From: a virus
Taxonomy: Duplodnaviria > Caudoviricetes
Reading direction: 5' to 3' (one strand)
IMG/VR virus record: IMGVR_UViG_3300028591_000003
Location: 1 to 64,000 of that record
DNA: 64,000 nt
The number at the start of each line of letters is the position of its first letter. Position 1 is the stretch's first letter. The translations under genes and the position numbers were made by a program. The notes beneath the pieces were generated by a model. It saw only the letters and a list, made by a program, of their open reading frames with translations, was not told the DNA's origin and did not search any database. Shown here piece after piece: positions 57,806-64,000 of this stretch.

Positions 57806-58185
57806 ATCAAATTTTTAAGACAATACTTTATTGCAGATTCACATGCTTGCTCATAAGTTTGGTGATCTTTCGATTTAATATTGTCGTAATAATTATCTCC
57901 TTGCCATAATGATGCTATATAACTTGAATATTTTTTATTAATATAATTATAGGCACGTGGCTCAATAATAATACAAATATTATGCACTTCTCTCAACCAG
58001 CGCATAGCCATTTGAAGAGTTGGCATAGAATACCACATATCATGTACATTCCAATTTCTGAAATCTCCTATATTATAGGTTATATCATCATCTATCTTTT
58101 GATAGTAATAGCGCACACTTACATCAAATCCTTTCTCTTTCAACAGTTTTGAAGTTTCAAAACTTACGTATGCTTCTTCTATCAT
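57802..58185 (-). CDS. paralog family C
   Basis: shared with 55243. Confidence 0.75.
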   Translation of the reverse strand: MIEEAYVSFETSKLLKEKGFDVSVRYYYQKIDDDITYNIGDFRNWNVHDMWYSMPTLQMAMRWLREVHNICIIIEPRAYNYINKKYSSYIASLWQGDNYYDNIKSKDHQTYEQACESAIKYCLKNLI

Positions 58186-58241
58186 ACTACTATTTGTTTA
58201 AATTGTACATTTCTTCTGGTGCTTCATTTGCTTTCATAACT

Positions 58242-60317
58242 TTAATCTTTTAGTTTCTTTAATTGTTCATAGAGCGACACTAATGTGGCTTTATACCCTC
58301 CATAATCAAAGTTAGTAACATAACGTAAAGCATTCATTTGTTCTTCACTCGGCTTCCACATTGTTGTGCAATTTGTTTTACAACCAATTCTGTCTTTTAG
58401 GGACTTAAGCCAATAGTAAGCATATTCATTACCGCACTGTTCACATGATTTAATTACCATCTTTAGCATATTTTCATCCTCTTCGGTCCACTCAACTTTA
58501 GGCTGTACTCTGTCCTTTAGGGATTTGAGCCAAGTAATTGTGTCCTGCAATGTTAAATACCCATAATACTGAGTTCCATATTCTTCTAAGAAATGACATA
58601 AATTATTTATTCTGTTATTATCCTCTTCATCCATAATATTCTTCAACTCTTTCTTATCGGCATCCCACTCACAACCCGCTTCTTTCATTTTAGCAAAGAG
58701 AGTATCACGCTGTTTTTTGGCAGCAGGACATATCTTATTTCTTGTAGTTAATAATGTATCGTCCACTTCTTTACTGTGGAAATTATTTGTTTGCCCGTTA
58801 TACCAACAGTATAAAGAGATGCGACCTTGCACTGAATATGATTTAAATAGTAAAATTTCTTCGTTGCAAGCAAGTACATCGCCATCCTTTGCATCTTGGA
58901 TAGTCCAAAGATGATAAGAACACATATGACCTTGCCCATTATCAAACTGATAAGGTATTTTTACTTCCTCATTGCTTGGAGTAACTGCTATATAACAATT
59001 TAATTCATCATTTAATGAAATTATTTTAAATACATTATTTGCCCCAACAATCCAATCACCTTCATGAAACTTTGATTCAACCTTATCAACAGGTTTTCCA
59101 ATAAGTTCCCATCTAGCAGAATTTTCAAAACTACAAATAAACAAATCATCTGACCAATAACCAAAACAATCAATTCTAGTGATAGTCAGTGATCCTTCAT
59201 TGGCAGTCTTTATTTCATCACCAATTTGGAATTTTAATTTTCTTAGTACCTTCTTTTCAAAATCAAAGGTATATCCCGCATCTATCATCGCATTTTTAAA
59301 AGTATTGTACTGTTCTTTGGTGGCTGGATGTGGGTTTATTGTATCAAGGGCATAATAGTTTCCGATTTTAAACTTATTACCCTCCAACAAACAAGACACA
59401 TCAATTTTTCCTGTACTTTTATTAACATAACTCACAATACCAACTACAAGCCTTCCGTGGTCACCAAATTCAAGTACATCTCCAGCCTTTGCATCGACAA
59501 TATTCCATTCGTGTGCATCGTTCAATGAACTTGCATCAAACACATGCTCGTTACCATTAGTATCAATAAGTGTAACATTAAACCCATCTATTTTGGATAT
59601 AAGATATACACATTTCCCTGTTGCTACAATCCACTGCCCGACTTTAAAATGAAAGTTTGGTTCAACCTTATCAACAGGCTTGTGCTCAACAATCTCATTT
59701 TGGAATACAGAATTACCATCCTTATCCTCATACATTGGGTTATCTGTTCCGTCTTCAACAATATTGGCAATGGTAAAACTTACTAATCTTCCGAATGAAT
59801 CGTAATATATAGTATCGCCAACTTTATATCTTGCAAACGACTTCTGCTCATCTTGCTTTTCAGAACTAATATAAGGATTTTTATCTGACCATTCGGCACC
59901 TTTAATAAACCATTCCTCTTGCTCTATGATACCTGTAGCGGACATTGCTGCCTTTTCTATCTCTAATTTTCTCGATTGATTAGTAGGTTTTTCCATAAAT
60001 TTATCATTATATATTTTACCATCAACTTTACTTACATACCAATCCTTTGCTTTGAAATCAACGACAGCAGGCTTCTGCTCACTTTGCTTTTCAAGCCAAG
60101 CAAGAATCTTTTTAGGTTCGAGACCTGCAAATGTCTGTAGATGAAAATTATTAAAATAATCAATAAGGCCTTCTTTTATCTTTTCATCATCACTCTCTTT
60201 GAGTTCGGGGAAGATTCTTTCTAAAGTTGCTTTAAGATGCCTATCCTCATCTTTATATGCAACAACTGCTATTTTAATAGCCTCATCATAGGCTTTTACT
60301 TTTTCTTCTTGTGTCAT
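58242..60317 (-). CDS. large modular repeat protein, family E
   Basis: repeated F(K/H)xGDW..W.I.DAK.GDVL..PA units; WLKSLKDR and WKPSEEQ modules. Confidence 0.8.
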   Translation of the reverse strand: MTQEEKVKAYDEAIKIAVVAYKDEDRHLKATLERIFPELKESDDEKIKEGLIDYFNNFHLQTFAGLEPKKILAWLEKQSEQKPAVVDFKAKDWYVSKVDGKIYNDKFMEKPTNQSRKLEIEKAAMSATGIIEQEEWFIKGAEWSDKNPYISSEKQDEQKSFARYKVGDTIYYDSFGRLVSFTIANIVEDGTDNPMYEDKDGNSVFQNEIVEHKPVDKVEPNFHFKVGQWIVATGKCVYLISKIDGFNVTLIDTNGNEHVFDASSLNDAHEWNIVDAKAGDVLEFGDHGRLVVGIVSYVNKSTGKIDVSCLLEGNKFKIGNYYALDTINPHPATKEQYNTFKNAMIDAGYTFDFEKKVLRKLKFQIGDEIKTANEGSLTITRIDCFGYWSDDLFICSFENSARWELIGKPVDKVESKFHEGDWIVGANNVFKIISLNDELNCYIAVTPSNEEVKIPYQFDNGQGHMCSYHLWTIQDAKDGDVLACNEEILLFKSYSVQGRISLYCWYNGQTNNFHSKEVDDTLLTTRNKICPAAKKQRDTLFAKMKEAGCEWDADKKELKNIMDEEDNNRINNLCHFLEEYGTQYYGYLTLQDTITWLKSLKDRVQPKVEWTEEDENMLKMVIKSCEQCGNEYAYYWLKSLKDRIGCKTNCTTMWKPSEEQMNALRYVTNFDYGGYKATLVSLYEQLKKLKD

Positions 60318-60321
60318 AATC

Positions 60322-60705
60322 TTACTTGTTTACTTTAATATGTCCATGTTCTATTAGCCAGCATATCATTTCAAAGACTGCGTCAATATAGGTTTTATCT
60401 TCTACACGTTTGTTGCCTGTTACTATTCCGTTATGAACAAAAGTTATATCAATTCTAACATAGTTATATTTTTTGTAAGTTTGAATATGATCAGGCATCA
60501 ACTCTAAAAGGACTGTGAGAGACCATGCCGGCACATATCCTTTGGGGATTTCTCCCCTCATATCCAGAAATGGTCTTATCTGAGGAACGCATTGATTCTC
60601 TCCGTTGTAGAAATAACCCCACATCATATCAGCTGTACTTGGGTCAAGTCCAAGACTAAGCAGTTTCTCTGACTGTTCTATTGAGGTACATATTTTATTG
60701 TTCAT
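60322..60705 (-). CDS. paralog family A (divergent)
   Basis: TSIEQSEKL..TADM..PAWSL. Confidence 0.7.
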   Translation of the reverse strand: MNNKICTSIEQSEKLLSLGLDPSTADMMWGYFYNGENQCVPQIRPFLDMRGEIPKGYVPAWSLTVLLELMPDHIQTYKKYNYVRIDITFVHNGIVTGNKRVEDKTYIDAVFEMICWLIEHGHIKVNK

Positions 60706-60851
60706 AATTCTATAACATTTACAACAGTACAATTTTCATACTTTCTTTCAAAATCGCTTATAGCTTTAGTTTTAGAAGTACTATTAACATAGTGATGTAT
60801 AAACTTCCGTGTAGATTCATCAAATGCAACTACAAAAAAATGTTCCATAAT

Positions 60852-61412
60852 TTAAAGTTGTTTAAGTTGTTCATACAAAGTTTCAAGGGCGTTTGGATAA
60901 CTTGTAAAATGTCCTTGATCTATTACTTCTTTGACTGATTTTAATTGTTCCTCAGTTGGTTTCCACCTTTGCTTTGGCTGTGGCTGCACTCTATCTTTGA
61001 GAGATTTGAGCCAAGACTTTAACTTTTCCGCGTATTCTTTTCTAAAAACATTTATTTTGGTAAGTGTTTTGAGTTCGCCAGATAGGGCATAAAAGTTATC
61101 TATGACCTCAATACAAGCTGCTAAATATTCTTTATCCTCTTCACTCCAATTAGGCTTCTGTGCATTTTCATACTTATTGTCTTTATGTATAACAAATACT
61201 TCCTTGATGCAACCTTTCGGAATAGTCGTAATATTAGAATACTGTTCTGGATCATTACCATAATTTTGTGCTATAGCAAGAAACTCATCAGTATCCTTGA
61301 CAACTACACCAAAAGAATTAATATATATCGGTTCTACCTCAATGTCCTCTGCAACAGTCCAATTCATATTTGAATTACAACTGTCTATCCATAAAACCTT
61401 TACTATCTTCAT
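60852..61412 (-). CDS. fusion of an unrelated beta domain to family E C-terminal modules
   Basis: N-term KIVKVLWIDS..TIPKGCI; C-term WSEED..WLKSLKDRVQP..WKPTEEQ..LYEQLK. Confidence 0.75.
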   Translation of the reverse strand: MKIVKVLWIDSCNSNMNWTVAEDIEVEPIYINSFGVVVKDTDEFLAIAQNYGNDPEQYSNITTIPKGCIKEVFVIHKDNKYENAQKPNWSEEDKEYLAACIEVIDNFYALSGELKTLTKINVFRKEYAEKLKSWLKSLKDRVQPQPKQRWKPTEEQLKSVKEVIDQGHFTSYPNALETLYEQLKQL

Positions 61413-61425
61413 ATCTTTCTATTTT

Positions 61426-61611
61426 TTAATTGGTCATTGAAAAATCCTCTACTTTTCGCATTACATCTCTTAGTTTGACATTGTACAGTCTTTGAGACTC
61501 TTCAATGCGTTTATCTATTTCTTCAACCTGCTCTCTGCTAAATACAGAATTAAAATCTTTTTCTTCAGGAAATAGTTTTTCTGTTAATTTGTAATATTTT
61601 CGTTTTTTCAT
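61426..61611 (-). CDS. hypothetical protein
   Basis: short ORF. Confidence 0.55.
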   Translation of the reverse strand: MKKRKYYKLTEKLFPEEKDFNSVFSREQVEEIDKRIEESQRLYNVKLRDVMRKVEDFSMTN

Positions 61612-61614
61612 AAT

Positions 61615-61717
61615 TGTGGAGCGTGTCAGAGTCGAACTGACTTGGAATCACCCATTACCAACACTTGTACTCGGTTCCCGATTTAAACAATCGTTACTGA
61701 TTGTATACTTACGCCCC
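61615..61717 (-). ncRNA. tRNA/tmRNA-like small RNA with Ala identity pair
   Basis: GGGGCGT/ACGCTCC acceptor with G3:U70 and A73; T-arm GTCAG-TTCGACT-CTGAC; no canonical D or anticodon arm. Confidence 0.72.
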
Positions 61718-61842
61718 GTTTGTACCTGTCGATAGAAATACACATACGTGCAATATGTAAATCATATTCTGCAGGTACTTTGCACGATTTAAATCACTGA
61801 CCTTTTATTTCACACTCTCTCGCATGAATCTTTGTGATCACT

Positions 61843-62043
61843 CTATACCTTTTGAGTATAGTTTCGGGAACAAAGTTTGTTGGTTGTCAACACCACATCT
61901 TCCGACTTGGTTACATAACAATAACCTTTCAAACGTCTCTTTGGTACTTTTGCAAGGTATATTCTAAAACACAAGCACCTTTTCCCAAAGTCTATTACAC
62001 AACTATTAACAAAGTTGTATGTAAATCCGTATAGTCTTGTCAT
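61843..62043 (-). CDS. hypothetical protein (TAG stop)
   Basis: short ORF in operon position. Confidence 0.45.
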   Translation of the reverse strand: MTRLYGFTYNFVNSCVIDFGKRCLCFRIYLAKVPKRRLKGYCYVTKSEDVVLTTNKLCSRNYTQKV

Positions 62044-62052
62044 GCTTTATTG

Positions 62053-62349
62053 TTATTTCTTTTTAAGTTCGTTATATTTATTAAGTAAGGCTTCCTTACA
62101 TTTACTCAACCAATATTCTCTTTCTTCTTCTGTATCAAAAGAACCTTTATATTCGTCGTCTACTCTTTCGTTGAAAACTTTGTCACAAACTCGTATGTCA
62201 TTATCTGTAAGTTTTCCTTTTGGAAGATAATCGCAAGTCAAATGTCCCCAACGAAGCCTAATATATCCTATAATGTGAGAACCCTTATACGCCCAATATT
62301 GTTCTGGGCAACATCCGCACGTTTGTTCTAATATAATAGTATTTGCCAT
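62053..62349 (-). CDS. hypothetical phage protein
   Basis: TCGCCPEQY..GYIRLRWG. Confidence 0.72.
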   Translation of the reverse strand: MANTIILEQTCGCCPEQYWAYKGSHIIGYIRLRWGHLTCDYLPKGKLTDNDIRVCDKVFNERVDDEYKGSFDTEEEREYWLSKCKEALLNKYNELKKK

Positions 62350-62351
62350 AG

Positions 62352-62990
62352 TTATTTCTTTAAATTAGTGCATCCATTTTCGCAAGCAAGCACATCACCC
62401 TCTTTTGCGTCTTTAATAGACCAAAGATGATGTAGTCTATCGTATTCTTCTAAATTAACAGATTCTCCATCAACCACATAATAACTATTATATTCATCAA
62501 AATGAACTTCAGAAATTCGTCTTGCCTTTTTGTCTAAATTAGATACAGCCCAGTCTCCTTCATGAAACTTCGGTTCAACCTCATTAGCAGGTTTAGTTCT
62601 TCTCGGCTTAGCAACTCTCTCTAGTTGTGAAAGATTAACAAGTATTCCAGCCTCATTGCGAGTTACTTTATCGCCAACTTGAATTTTGGAAAGGAAATTG
62701 GCATGCTCACCTTGTTTTTCAAGCCAAGCAATCCATTTTTGCATTTTACCTACAAGAACCTTTGCATCATGAGATATTATTTCTTCACTTCTAATATTCT
62801 CTATAGTTTCCTTAAAATGACTTATTAGTTCTTTCCTTATCTTATCGTCCTCGGACTCTTTGAGCTCGGGAAAGACACTTTCTAAATCATCAGCATATAA
62901 CTGATTATCTCTTTGTTTATAACCTTTATAAAAATCCTTTGCTCTTTCAATAGCCTCGTCATATCTTTTAGCTTTTTGCTCTGTTGTCAT
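62352..62990 (-). CDS. family E modular protein, C-terminally truncated relative to 58242
   Basis: KAKRYDEAI, FPELKESED, AWLEKQ, KFHEGDW, HLWSIKDAKEGDVLAC. Confidence 0.75.
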   Translation of the reverse strand: MTTEQKAKRYDEAIERAKDFYKGYKQRDNQLYADDLESVFPELKESEDDKIRKELISHFKETIENIRSEEIISHDAKVLVGKMQKWIAWLEKQGEHANFLSKIQVGDKVTRNEAGILVNLSQLERVAKPRRTKPANEVEPKFHEGDWAVSNLDKKARRISEVHFDEYNSYYVVDGESVNLEEYDRLHHLWSIKDAKEGDVLACENGCTNLKK

Positions 62991-62992
62991 AA

Positions 62993-63319
62993 TTATTCAA
63001 AATTAATTAAATCCTTCTCATATGCCCATCTAAATTCTCTATTAACATTAAACCCCAGATGTGCAGACCATTGTTCAGGTGTATAGGTATGTGCTTCCCC
63101 TTCTATATGTCCGTAAGCAGAACTAACAATAAAATCAGTAATACCATTTAGATTGTACTTAGGAACGACATTTTCACTATTCCAAACAGTGTTAGGGTTT
63201 AACTTCCTTTTAGCAGCAGCAATAGTAACCCAATCAGATGCAGACATATAAGGAAAATCTATTGCTCTGCTCTCAATACTTTCAAGACCTTGTATTATTT
63301 CTTTTTGTGTCATAATCAC
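62993..63319 (-). CDS. hypothetical protein
   Basis: tiled ORF. Confidence 0.7.
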   Translation of the reverse strand: MIMTQKEIIQGLESIESRAIDFPYMSASDWVTIAAAKRKLNPNTVWNSENVVPKYNLNGITDFIVSSAYGHIEGEAHTYTPEQWSAHLGFNVNREFRWAYEKDLINFE

Positions 63320-63702
63320 AACAAATTTAATTCATGTAACTTTAATATCATTTCGTAGCAAGCATCAACGGGATTTTTGGAATAAGGAATTAATACAATA
63401 TCTTTATATTCGATGTAATAATAATATCCATTATATCCATCCTCCGCTTTAATTTTTTCAACCTTAAGAGGAATACCATTTATTTCTGGTAAAAAATCAA
63501 GTAATGCTGCAAGTGACCAACAAGGAATAAAAATGTAACAACATTCAGGTTCTTCAAATCCATCCTTAACAAATGGAAAATTACTAACTTTGCTACCATC
63601 TTTTTTTAAGAACATATATTCCATATCAGCACTCTCAATTGGCAATATCTCTGCCAACTTCTTTGACTGCTCTAAGTCTGTATAAGATTTAATTGTTGAC
63701 AT
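63316..63702 (-). CDS. paralog family A
   Basis: KSYTDLEQSK, CWSLAALL. Confidence 0.75.
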   Translation of the reverse strand: MSTIKSYTDLEQSKKLAEILPIESADMEYMFLKKDGSKVSNFPFVKDGFEEPECCYIFIPCWSLAALLDFLPEINGIPLKVEKIKAEDGYNGYYYYIEYKDIVLIPYSKNPVDACYEMILKLHELNLL

Positions 63703-64000
63703 AATTACTTATTTTAATTACTAATTCAATATCATAATTATCACTGACTAACATTTCGGCATTACGTTCAAGACATCGACATTGTATTTTAAATATTTCT
63801 ATTTTTTCTTCTCTTGTTAAATTAATTATTGCCATAGTCAATCGTATTTTTTATCTGAACAATATTTGCCTCTACATCTATCTTGACAAAAATGCCAATG
63901 CTTACAGAACTCTGAACATATATGGTCCATACCTGCATCACTTGAACATAATATATTGATATTATTAATACTTACAATAGTTATGCAGGGTCTTATATAT

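Noticed and set aside
1402-62230. Plus-strand ORFs in the track (e.g. 17268, 24459, 44229, 54304, 56449)
   Set aside because: All are antisense shadows of tiled minus-strand genes or tRNAs and show no recognisable motifs
53422-63702. CRISPR array or DGR template/variable repeat pair
   Set aside because: Repeats are diverged protein-coding paralogs; no regular repeat-spacer period, adenine-specific mismatch pair or reverse transcriptase seen

Overview
AT-rich bacteriophage DNA, most consistent with a large crAss-like (Crassvirales-type) phage of a Bacteroidota host; that assignment is inferred from gene content. All credible genes lie on the minus strand. The 1-43 kb region holds nucleotide/NAD metabolism and replication genes: PncB, Nudix, PncA, ThyX-like, family B DNA polymerase, sigma-70 factor, ATP-dependent ligase, dUTPase, class II RNR, ADP-ribosylglycohydrolase, primase, SSB, DnaB, and an SF2 helicase split by a group I intron carrying a GIY-YIG endonuclease. 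The 43.4-48.6 kb region is a cluster of 16 tRNAs, several with compensatory changes at normally invariant positions. Between them sit about a dozen apparently structured non-coding elements, eight closed by 9-13 bp terminal helices. Three genes at 46.7-51.7 kb are intact only if TAG is read as a sense codon (probably Gln): a PD-(D/E)XK endonuclease, an L,D-transpeptidase and a LysM protein. No suppressor tRNA is visible in the window. The 52-64 kb region is a mosaic of paralogous modular genes that uses TAG as stop and contains a ~100-nt tRNA/tmRNA-like RNA with a G3:U70 pair. All calls are by eye from motifs; no searches or folding programs were run.
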